From Intoshia linei (Eukaryota > Animalia > Orthonectida), in the NCBI GenBank assembly GCA_001642005.1, contig LWCA01000174.1:1-44445 (forward strand): 44,445 bases of DNA, read 5' to 3'. Under the pieces are notes generated by a model. It made no database searches, had not been told where the DNA came from, and saw only the letters and a program-made list of their open reading frames with translations. Position numbers and translations under genes: made by a program. Position 1 is the stretch's first letter. Each line of letters opens with the position of its first letter. Positions 1 through 11,332 of this stretch are shown piece after piece.

Positions 1-103
1 TAAAAGTTACTAGAAACCTACATAATATCTTTTAATGCTTTTATTAATACTCAAGGAAATAAGACTCTAAGTCTCCAACCAACAGTATACCCTATCTTCT
101 AAA

Positions 104-199
104 CAGGGGACTTATTTTTTTTATCGCATCGCTCGAAATTTTAAAGGCCTCCGGCCCTTTGCTTAGCCCAGGCCCACGAAGTGGCTTAAGACGGCTCTG
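104..199. mobile_element. hAT-type MITE remnant in last intron of MRPL22
   Basis: GC-rich island starting CAGGGG and ending TTAAGACGGCTCTG (reverse complement CAGAGCCGTCTTAA, a typical hAT MITE terminus); no clean TSD. Confidence 0.45.
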
Positions 200-355
200 G
201 TCTTAAGGCAAAAATGATAAATGGAAGATAAAAGTGATAAGAATGTATGAAATACGATTGCAATTTATTATTTACCTAACAACTATCGTAATGTATGTTT
301 TTAAAAATGAATCGCTAAGTTAAGTTAAAACCCTGTATTATATTGTATATTTTAG

Positions 356-573
356 AAAGTTCTTTTGTTAGACCAGGAGTAATTGTTGGTGGTCTTATGA
401 AAAGAATGGGACCACGGTACGATGTAATTAAATACCGATATTGCCACTATTTTCTACGTCTTCGTGAAGGCAACCCACCACCGCTTTACCATGAAAATAA
501 ACCTAGTGCCAAAAAGTTATATACCGAATATATAGACCAGCTCCGTAGTAAAAGGATTTTGAATGAATTGTAA
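356..573 (+). CDS. MRPL22: Mitochondrial ribosomal protein L22, last exon (5' exons outside window)
   Basis: Acceptor tttag at 351-355. ESSFVRPG...RYCHYFLRLREGNPPP...YTEYIDQLRSKRILNEL* matches the metazoan MRPL22 C-terminus (YCHYFVKLVEGPPP...EYIQQLRSRTI). Confidence 0.85.
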
Positions 574-2313
574 ATTTTTTTATTTATTAAATTTTAAAAA
601 ATTATTGTTTATCTGTAAATAATATGATCAATAGATTATATCAGTGATTCCTAAACGGGTCCACTGACCACAATCGATCCGTATAATTTTCTAAGGGTCC
701 GGAAATATTATAATATTTTTTACATTGAGTATTCTATTACAAATTTAATTCTCAGAAATTCGGCATCTAACAATAAAGAACACAAATGAGCACTTTATTT
801 TCTAGCATTTTGCAAATACAAAATTTGTAGCTGAAAAAATATTAAATTACATTATACCCAGAATTTAAAAAAATAATTTTCTATTGTAGAAAGCTTTCAT
901 TTTATATGTACAGAAAAAATTTTATCTCAGAAATTAGTAATTTAAATTATTTTTATTACAAAATTGGCTTGTAGTGTCTTAGAATTAACCCCTTAGATAA
1001 CACTGTACGACAAATTTTAGACAAACTCAGTGAAACTTTCGCTATATGTAAGTTAATTAGTATACATCTTTTTTTAAAAAAAATTTATTCATTTGAAGAT
1101 AGAGATTCGTTTTAAGTGAGGGTCAAAGTTTTTTTTGAAGAAGTACCTTATGCGTGAAGTCAATTTACAATTAATATTGTTTTTAACAAATGATAAATTT
1201 GATGGGTAAATATATACCTATACCTGTATAAAAAAAATTTCATTAATTATTTAATTATCTCTAGATTTTGCGCACCATCGACAAACTAAATGAAATTAAA
1301 ATTTTCTGGATTAACTACTATTACACTTAAAATCATGTTTTTCGGTTTACCATAGATCAATCTTGTTAACTATCAAGAATGCAATTGATAGACATAAATT
1401 CCATATATTAAGATATAGCATGTATTAATTAAAAATATATGTTAATAAAAATAAATAACAATTGGATACATATAAAATCTATTTTTATACAACTCCACCA
1501 AACAAAATCACAATTATATTTAATCATCGACATCTTCCAAAGCCCCTTTCATCCATCATTTAGTTTTATGGAATTGTTAACATTTTTCGTCCAACCATAT
1601 ACCACAATTTGACGCAAAGAAATTAAAATCACATTCCAGATGATGCATTTTTATCTGTAAAAACAGTTCTTTTGTTGGTATTTTATCAATAACTCTTCGA
1701 TTAAATCCATGTCATTGTCTTATCATTTGTTACCAAAAAAATATAACATTTTTCAATGCATTAAATGCATCTTTTTGTTCAGGATTAATATTAAGGGTAG
1801 ATATTTATTTTTGTAATGAATTAGATAGCACTTGGGAATTATGGTTGATGAATTGATTAATTTTGTCATGAGGCCCACAATATTCCTTAATTATGATTGG
1901 TACAACTGTATTCAGTTAGAATGTTATAATATTTTAATATACATATCTATTTGTTATGAGTAATTAAAATTAAATTGATTCACAACAAAATAGAAACGCG
2001 CTATTTGTTTAAATTAGGTTACAAGCATACTGATCATCATGGTATTACGAAATTTTTGACTACATTCCATATACAATTCCATTTCATATATCAATGACAA
2101 CTAACCATAATGATAGCACACAATTTCAACTGCACAATACAGTCTTAAACTAGTTAACTTCTTATGCTGGCAACAAATATATCTATTTGTATTGTGCCAT
2201 TAACTTACTAATACAATTTGAATAGACGAATATATAGATTTTAGTAATTTTTAAATACAATACCCTACATATAAAGTGGAATTTGAGTAATATTTAAATC
2301 AATTTAGATCAAA

Positions 2314-3941
2314 ATGCGAAGATCAACTAGATCAAGATCAAATTCTGCTAAAACACCACGTTCCCAATCGAATTCTAGAATTTTAAAATCAATTGAACCA
2401 ATTTTAATAACTGATTCACCAGAAAAGCCAATTCGTGCGAGACGTCGTTCCAGGAAGAGTAGTCCATTACCAGTCGTAAGAAAGGTATTTTCAGTTATTT
2501 TATAGTTTTTATTTTTTATTAGAGGACTAGATCAAGATCAAAAAAAAAAATTATTGTGCCTACAAAGAAAAATGACACTCCAATCAAAAAAAAGAAAGAG
2601 ACTGTAAATACAACACATGAACTAATACGATATATAATTAAATGTGCGTCATTTGACGTTAGATGGATATTTTCATTAATTCTTATTGAGTATGTGGTTA
2701 CACGTGGAAAATCAAGTATGCCGCTATCATATTCTAAATTCTTTGATTTATTCACATGGAAATCTCATGCTTACGTTGGTATACTTATTGTGACAACTTT
2801 TATTCTATCTATAATCCCTTTTGGACACAAAGTATCAGCGGTTTTGCGAAATGGGAAACGTCAGCATTTTGTATTGAACGGGTTAATTGTTTATAAAGTA
2901 ACAATCTGTGGAGTTCTATATTGCTTTTATTCAAATTTAGTTCGTCCATCATATATAATGGATAATTTGAATCAAATTCAAACGGCAATGTATATGTATG
3001 CTTTTGTTATATCTTGTTTTCTCTTTGTGTTTTACAGGAATAGAGATGTACCATCAAAATCAACAGTAGACATTTCATCGTCTAAAACAGCGAAACTTAT
3101 CGGTTGGATGGAAGGTTTTGTTAATGGATACGAATTGAACCCCCAGTGGTTATCGGTAAATCTTAAACTGTGGTTGATGAATCTTTCAATGATTCTTTCT
3201 TCGTGTGTGGCACTGGCTGTGGTATTTGATGTTTGGTCCAAAACAAAAATTACCGACATAAAGAACGTTTCCATTGATGACTTGTCAGTATATCTCAACT
3301 GTCTTAGCGTACTGATTATGTGCGCCATTTTTGTCAATTTTAACAAATGGATTGTTTACACGTACGGCATAATGTCGAGTGGACTGGGTTTTGAATTTGT
3401 AAACATTTTCGTATTTATCACGCACGTGGGTTATCTGAATTTGCCATTAATACATTTATATTTTTATGGATCAAATCGTTGTCTGTGGGCAATTGTTGGT
3501 GGTTTCATGGTGTCAGGTAAATGTAAAATATAAATTTCTTTATTTTTTTTAGTGATTGGATTAAGCACCATGTTGAAAGCTAACCTAGAAAAGTACAATA
3601 TCAAAACTCGATTAATGAGCCATGAATCAAAAAACATTATCGGCTCGGGCGCACGTAGGCTGTACAGTGGAAGTCTTTGGGGTGTAGTTAGACACCCCAA
3701 CTACTTGGGAAATTTAATATTTTATATTGGATTGAGCATGCATTGCCGTAATTTTTAAATTATTTTTAATTACTATGCTCTAGAACTCAGCATTATCCCA
3801 TGGCTATTACCATTGTATACAATTTTAATTGTTATCAAGTGTATATCACGAGTTGAGGAAAGTAGTAAATCAAGGCACGGCTCGAATTGGGTGGAATATT
3901 GCAGACGAGTGCCGTTTAAATTAATTCCTGGACTTTATTAG
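2314..3941 (+). CDS. LBR: Lamin B receptor-like / ERG4-ERG24 sterol reductase family protein with N-terminal RS-rich region
   Basis: Exons 2314-2484, 2523-3516, 3553-3747, 3784-3941; introns 38, 36, 36 nt, all GT-AG and frame-preserving. RS-rich N-terminus, many TM segments, GYELNPQW, SGSLWGVVRHPNYLG and terminal YCRRVPFKLIPGLY* motifs. Confidence 0.85.
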
Positions 3942-3985
3942 ATTTTAATACTGTAATGTTATGTAATGATTTAATGTAATAAATT

Positions 3986-4589
3986 TTAATTGTAATTTTT
4001 CATTTTCATGGCATAAAATAGATACATGAAAAAAACAATTACGGATATAAATGTGTGGGTAACTGATAGGTAATATCCAATTAATAATGAATCTGGTGAT
4101 GAATTGAAGTGTATATGGTAGAGTATGTATCCATCAAAAAAGAACAAAAAATTGGCCGCCATCGAACAAATTACTAAATTTTTACATTGCTAAAATAAAC
4201 GTTTTAAATATTTACCTGCACATAAAGATGTTAAAGGATATATAAATATGTGACGTGAAAATTTTTTCCCGGTTGCTGTACGGCAAATCAATAAAATTAA
4301 AAGCTTGACAAATATTAAAAAGGATAGGAAGTAGAACGATTGAGATAATATAAAATAAACTAAATGTATTATTAGAGGCATTATAATTTATACTGGTTCG
4401 GGTGTTTTGAACTTCATAATTATCGTTATAAAACCAAATAATTTGTTTTCCTCTATGCTGTACCCATAAACCGTCGTATATTGTCATATCTAATTTTACA
4501 ATCTTGCGCCATGATGACATAAAAACAGATGTAATATTTACACCCAGCAGGCAAAACTGTAACAAATTTAGTATATTGGCCAACAACAT
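3986..4589 (-). CDS. Claudin/PMP22/EMP superfamily tetraspan membrane protein
   Basis: Exons 4589-4394, 4359-4216, 4173-3986 (introns 34 and 42 nt) give one open frame with 4 hydrophobic segments, W...DGLW in loop 1 and IGYYL before TM4. Confidence 0.7.
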
Positions 4590-4716
4590 TTAAATTGAAT
4601 GTATATTTATTTATAATTGCAAATGCTGTGCTAAGGATAATTAATTTGATAGTGTTCAAAGCAGATTCATTTTTCTAGATTCTGAAATATTTTGCGCAAT
4701 TAAATCTTGAAAATGT

Positions 4717-7700
4717 TTATTTACAATTTGAAAATCCAATAGTCTCATAATTAAATCCAATTTTTTTCATTTTTGCTGGATTTAGTATTATTCGACCATC
4801 AAAAATGTAGGCCGGTTTTTTCATATTGGAGTATATCTTTGAATATTCATAATTCTACATTTCAAAGATTATAATCTAACTAAGTTGACTGTTACGTACT
4901 ACGTCAAAACAGCACCTAGCTCTGCCGAGGGCACATCTTTATTTTTATTATACCAAAAAAATATATTCACGTTGAAAATCCAAGTTAAAAATCCTACTAT
5001 TCACTATTATCAATCCTTTAAAAGAGTAGTTCCCAAACTTGTTTAACTTGTTTTATATAACATTATTTACTTTAAAGTGAATTATTCCATCTTAATTTTG
5101 TTTTAACATTTTCAAACATAATATAACTTTTTAACACATTTAATGTAATTTTAGTGACCCGGGTGCTAGCACCTGCGGTTAAAAAACTGTGATATAAGAT
5201 ATATAAGCATTCAACATCACACAATACTAGGATTTGTAAATATTAATTGTAGTTCATCAAACCCTCAAAAAGGTATTTTTCAAGAATATTCAAAAATGTT
5301 TTTTATTTAATCAAATCAAGTGGTCAATATGTATAATGTACAAGGTCTATTTTTGAAAGTCTTATCGAAATTGTAAATATTTAATTAGGTATACATCAAA
5401 GTTACCTTAAATTCATCCCACGCAGTGCAAATTATAACTGCATTGCTTTTAAATGTAGCTTGTTCGATGTTTTGACATATTTCAACTATACAATACATTC
5501 ACATTATTTTTAAGTCCAATATAATTGTTTACATCAGTGTTTCCCAAAGTGGGCGATAGCGCCCACTTGGGGACGCTAAGGGGGCACTGAGAATTTTTAT
5601 AAAATTATAACAAATATGTCTTATCTACTATTTCATTTTTCAAAAGCTCATAAATAAAATAGGATTTTTATTGGCCAAGAAGTATGTTGATTTGGGTAAA
5701 AATTGGAATTCTGTCATTCTCGGACAAAAAAAAGATTAATTTGGACGGTCCTAAAGGATTCCAGTTTTATTGGCATGATTTGAGAAGGGAGAAAGAAGTT
5801 TACTGTACTCAGGAAAGCGGAGGCGGATTTGTAATGGTGTGAAGAGTATTTTTTCACAAATGAAAATCGAAATTGGCAATTCTGAATGGAAATCAGAACT
5901 TTGAAGATTATATATTTACCTTATCTGAGACTTTACTTCTATTTGCTCACTATCATTATAATACCGAGTATATTCTCAAACAAGATAATGCTCCAATTCA
6001 CACTTCTCGTAATGTAAAAGCATGGTTTGAAGATAACTGTCAATGTAATGGAGTGACCGTCGAAGTCTCCTGACTTAAACCTAATTGAAAATTTATGGGG
6101 CATTTTGGCAAGGTCCGTATATAAAAATCACAGGCATTTAATAATGTTGATCAGCTGACTTAGTTTATATTAAAATAATGGGAAAATATCCATCAAAATG
6201 TTATTCAAACCTTTGTGACTTAGATAAAGAATAGACGTCTTGAAGTTATGGTGAATAAAGAAGGAAAACCAGATTATTAAATTGTATATAAAGTATTTTT
6301 ATTTATTGGACCGATGTTTATTTCGCGGATAATTATTGACTTTGTGTGATAACGTTACATAGGACCTATGTTATTACGACCACTGTAATTGAAAGAGGAT
6401 TTAGTGGGGTTGTAAATATTCTAACTAAAAAGAGAAATTGAATAAAAATTAAAAAATGTAGTGATTTCAAACTTTTTCTTTCTAACATTAAATTTCCTGA
6501 TATCGATAACTTGTCACAGGCTCATCAACCTCAGGGTACTCATTAATTTTATACCGATTTATATAACTAAATATGTTATATTGTTTATAATATCTTTTTC
6601 CTTTAATTTTCATGAAATCATGCGAAACTTTTAGTGGTCTGCTATTTCTACTTCACTACTTCAATTGGTATCTCAATATTTAATTTATTATAATCGAAAA
6701 GGTTTATTTAATTTATATTGATTGTATTCATTTTTTATAGGGGGCGCATCATTTGAAAATTTTATAAGGGGGCACTGGAAAATAAAAGGTTGGGAAACAC
6801 TGGTTTATATATTTATTAAAGTTTACTTGATTTTGTATCTTCATTCAAATGTAAATCTCTGAATCTCATTTAAACATGACAATGAATTACAATAATACCT
6901 TATAATGGTTGTATTTTCTACTTTAGGGTCATAAATTGACAATATAGCACCTTCTTCTAAAAAATCTTTGCAAATATTTATTGCGGGAGAATTCCTATAA
7001 TTTATACCATATACTATGTAGTGTAATCTAGTAAATTTACCTTGTATCTGTTGTGTTTGGTTTGAACGCAAATCCTAATATTGCAAGTTTTTTTTTATAA
7101 ACATTATTGAACATGGTCTTGATAATTCTAGACACAAAATTGCATTGCTGATAATCATTAATGGTGATAATTGATTGCCAGTAATTGGCAATTTCAAATA
7201 GATTTAATGATTCGCAAAGGTACACTAGATGCATGATATCTTTTTTAAAACAACTTCCTCCAAATCCTATCCCTGCATTCAAATAAGATGATCCTATTCT
7301 TTTGTCTGCTCCAATAGCTTCAGCGACATTTTTAACATTAGCACCAGTTTTTTCACATAAGATGGAAATTGCATTTATACTGCTAATTCTTTGTGCCAAA
7401 AAAGCGTTAGCCGTCTTAAATTGTATTGAAAAATATTTTTTTAATTGTGGAAAAATGAGGCCCATTCTACAAAATTTTAGTGATTGTTCAAATTTTGAAT
7501 TCAATCTTAGCGTCCAGGTGTACAATATACAATTTACATATCAATTTTATAAATTTGGTTCGAGCTTATTTATTTTTAAAACTATAAATATACCCTTTTT
7601 TTCGTGGATTTTATTTATGTTACACTGTACAACACTCAAAAAACCAGGCACAACAAAATATATATTATTAAACTCTACGAAAAATTTGGTGAAAAATAGT

Positions 7701-10258
7701 ATAATTTTTAAAGGTCAGTTAGATCTAGTTTTTGAAGGACAGACAGATTAAAAATAACCAATAATAATGGCGTTGTCATTTAAAATCTATGTAAATAAAT
7801 TAAAGTTCTTTTAGATTAATATGAGTTTTTCGTGTGTTTGTCAGTTTTTATGTATTAATGATTATTAAATGTAGATGTATTAAAGCTACACTTTAATTGG
7901 GACTAAAGTTGGTAACAAGTATACATAATTTTATGGAAAAATCCAACAAGAACAATGGACTCCAAACAAATGTTGTGCATTGTTACAGGCATGTGATGAA
8001 TAACAATAAATTTTTCGATTCACCCGGGTTTGGTCTTCACCTAAATCCAGTGATGATTGTTATTTCTGTTATGTCACAGAAAACACCAAATTGTCATAAA
8101 TAAATTAATAATTTTTTTTAAATATAAATGTACTTATTTTTAACGCTTTATAGATTTTTTTTGAGATGTAACCAGATTTTCATTCCTAATACAGTATAAA
8201 GTACACATTTTGGGGTACCTAGTATATATCAAAATGTTCTGCTGTTTTCAAAAAAACCAATTTTTTTTTAAAAATTAAGGTAAAAGTCCGGGCCAAATTT
8301 TTTATCAGAATATGTTATATAATTATATGAAATTATATTTTTAAAAAGTCACAAAATTGAATTTAACATTAACTTGAATTTAACTTAATTCTATATATTA
8401 CATATAAATATGTATATAAATTTCCATATATATACACTTTAAAAATGAAATATCTTAAGATTACGATCTAATCAGATAGAATCACAAACATCTATCGAAT
8501 CCTGACAGTGTTAGCTAAGCCATAAACTAAATTTTGTTTTGCTCTTATAAAATTTTTCCGAAAATTTTGTACCGTGTTAAGTATGTTTTTAAAATTAAAA
8601 TATTAATTACCCTAAATATAAATGAAAAGACCTATTTAAGTTACTTAATTTGATGAGCATAATCAATGTATACTTAAAATGCTTAAAATACGAAAAAAAA
8701 TTGACGAAAATAACATTTCGAAAGAGTACATGATTATAATTTTATAAAATTGAAAATCAATCGAAAAAGTAACGAAAATTTTCAAAAAAGTTAAAAAAGT
8801 TTCAATTGGTGCCCTAATTATAATGCATTAAATTTATTACCAATTTTGATAATTCTGTGGACCAAGTATCACCAGTAATGATAAATTGTGGGTCTATCCA
8901 CATAGCATAAATGTTCACTATATAGTTAATAGCTAGTTTTCCAGATTCAGTTGTATGATCTCCACCAACTAATACTCTGTCAGGATATAAAAGATTGGTT
9001 ATGGCATTTCCTAAAATTTTGATATATGAAATATATTGCAAAAATAGAGTTAGGCCATGTCTGATAATTCCAAATGTGATGATTCAGGTTTAAATGCCTT
9101 ATTTTAATATGATTGAAACAGTATAATAACTCTTAAATCTTTACTGATATAAAAGTATTTGTTTGTGTGTCTGTTTTTATTGAATATTAATTGAATGAGA
9201 AAAAAAGACTGAATTTTAACAAACACAAATTCCCAGTCAACGTGTCGAGGGTGATTTTTTATCGCAAGTTTTATTTTTAGAAATTAAATTATTCAAGGTC
9301 AAATTAAACCAAATTATTCTTTTTAAAAAAATCTAACGAGACATAGAATTTAAATGATAAATTCAATATAAATTCCGATACAGATTTTAAAATCATGAAC
9401 ATTATAAATTTAATTTTTATATTTTTTTATATTAAATAATTTGGGAAGCACTCCTTTAAAGGATTGATAATAGTGAATAGTAAGATTTTTAAGTTAGATT
9501 TATAACGTGAATTCATTTTTTTGGTATAATAAAAATGTGCCCTCGGCAGAGCTAGGTCCTGTTTGTACGTAGTACATAACAGTCAATCTAGTAATATATA
9601 AAATGCCCTACAAATACCTTCAGCCATAAATTCAGGACTGGAAATGACATCAAATTTAAATTCACTTGAATTTTCTGTATTCAAAATAAATTTAATTGCA
9701 TGAGCTGATCCAACTGGAACAGTACTTTTTTCTACTACTATCATATCACCACTTGCATATCTGGATATGGACCTTGCACAATTTTCTAAAAAGCTTACAT
9801 CTGGAGCTCTACCCTAAAAGTGGTATATTCTCAAATTAAAAAATAATAATTTACCATTCCATGACCCCTGGCTTTGATGGGAGTATTAACTGATATGAAA
9901 ACAACATAGCTTTGTTTAATAGCCAGTTCCATATCATTCAAGAAATATAAATTTTTTCCGCGACATTTATTAACGATTTCATTTAATCCAGGCTATATTA
10001 ATGAGTTTAAATAAATAGATACATAATAAGAAAGTTATAAAAAAGTACTTCATAAATTGGTAAATTATCGGAATTCCATTGGCTAATTTTTTCAATATTT
10101 ACATCAACAACATATACATTATATTGAGGACATTTTAGTGCGATTACAGCAGCTGAAGGCCCGCCGACATAACTATATAGTATATAAAATATTTATTAGG
10201 CGTAAATATACCCAGCACCGATAAAACAAATGTTATTAGAGCGGTTAATTTTTGACAT
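4717..10258 (-). CDS. UGDH: UDP-glucose 6-dehydrogenase
   Basis: 10 exons: 10258-10212, 10172-10049, 9992-9855, 9813-9618, 9010-8841, 7414-7041, 6994-6899, 6858-6827, 5485-5406, 4854-4717. Motifs [42 protein letters not shown], catalytic [32 protein letters not shown]. Confidence 0.97.
4880..5045 (-). mobile_element. Helitron-like 3' fragment (inverted copy of 9440-9591)
   Basis: ~160 bp near-identical to the reverse complement of 9440-9591 (gactgttacgtactacgt...cctagctctgccgagggcaca...atcaatcctttaaa...ttcccaaa). Confidence 0.65.
5535..6802. mobile_element. hAT (Buster/Charlie-like) MITE carrying a nested Tc3-like relic
   Basis: TIRs CAGTGTTTCCCAA (5535) / TTGGGAAACACTG (6802); 8-bp TSD GTTTACAT / GTTTATAT. 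Confidence 0.9.
5690..6385 (+). pseudogene. Degenerate Tc1/mariner (Tc3-like, DD34E) transposase with right TIR
   Basis: Frameshifted motifs [49 protein letters not shown]. Right end ...GGACCTATGTTATTACGACCACTG then TA at 6386-6387. Confidence 0.85.
9138..9591 (+). mobile_element. Non-autonomous Helitron-like element in UGDH intron 4
   Basis: A|TCTTTACTGATATAAAAG...TTTGTTTGTGTGTCTGT 5' end; subterminal hairpin CTGTTTGTAC-GTA-GTACATAACAG; terminal CTAG|T at 9588-9592; no TSD. Confidence 0.65.
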
Positions 10259-11332
10259 TATACAGGTATCTTGTAATTTAACAGAAGGTGAACTTATTGT
10301 CAGAATATATCATTTAGAAATAAAAATGTTTTAGTAACAGTAACAATAATACACATTTTATTGCAGTAATAAATATTTCAGTGATACAAAGTGCAATGTA
10401 GTTATTTAAACGTATGAAAGGAGTCCCTTCAAATCACACATCGACGATCGATATACAATTCGATTATGACATTACTATATGAATTATCGATCGGAAACTT
10501 ATTAAAATTAAATTTTAACTTTAAACGTAAAAATTGAGAGTTAAAATTTAAAATCAAAAATTTTGCATTAACTGACGATTTAAAATTTAACTGACGGCAA
10601 GGGATTTTTAATCTTTTTTATATAACTATTATTATTACCTTAATTAAGGCTTAACTATTACTATATTAGTCAGATCATCCTTTATGAAGGTCTTTAAAAG
10701 TTTACCGTCTAGCCGGTACCAAAAGATTTTATATTATTTTTACGACTTGTAAAAAATTTCAAATCATAGTGAAAATATTTTTGAAATTCACGAAAAGTGA
10801 TGACCAAGCCTATCCAAACGGTTTCACGAATCGATTAATAGGTCGTGATAAATTATCAACCTTTAAAATGTGAAATAACCAAGAAATGAACTTTTTCTCA
10901 AAGTCAACCAAAGATGATTAGTAATCATTGATTGCATGAATTTTTATTTCTCAAAGTTTTAAAGAAATGTATGACAAAATGGCATTTTTTTGAAGAAACC
11001 TTAAAATCTTCAACAGCCTGCAGTATTGGATACAATAAATTACCTCTACAATATTCATGTATATAATATTTATTTATGTATATAACGAATTTTTTAAATT
11101 ACGGTCTGCCAAAATTTATATGAAAATAAATTAATACTAGTTTTGATATTTTAACGTTTAATTTTGTTTTTTTCGGTCTGGAAATATCCATTATAAAGCT
11201 CCCAGATATGAAAAATATATTTGTGAAATTTTGAAAACATTTGTTATCGTTTCTCATTAACAAATATTAATTAAATTAAATTGATATTATAGTATAGAAA
11301 TAGTAACTAACAATAATAGAATATGATTGAAA

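Noticed and set aside
987-1010. piggyBac-like TTAACCC ends (also ~25744 and ~34037)
   Set aside because: No matching partner TIR could be paired confidently
1520-1915. Minus-strand decayed coding-like stretch (LNINPEQKDAFNALK)
   Set aside because: Resembles a retroelement pol or Helitron helicase fragment but has many stops and no second convincing motif
7302-8103. ORFs 7302-7751 and 7897-8103
   Set aside because: Antisense to a UGDH exon or within repeat-like intron sequence; no motifs
10260-11332. RFX X-box in the divergent UGDH / MTBD-gene promoter
   Set aside because: Only half-sites (TAGTAAC) seen; expected by chance at this AT content
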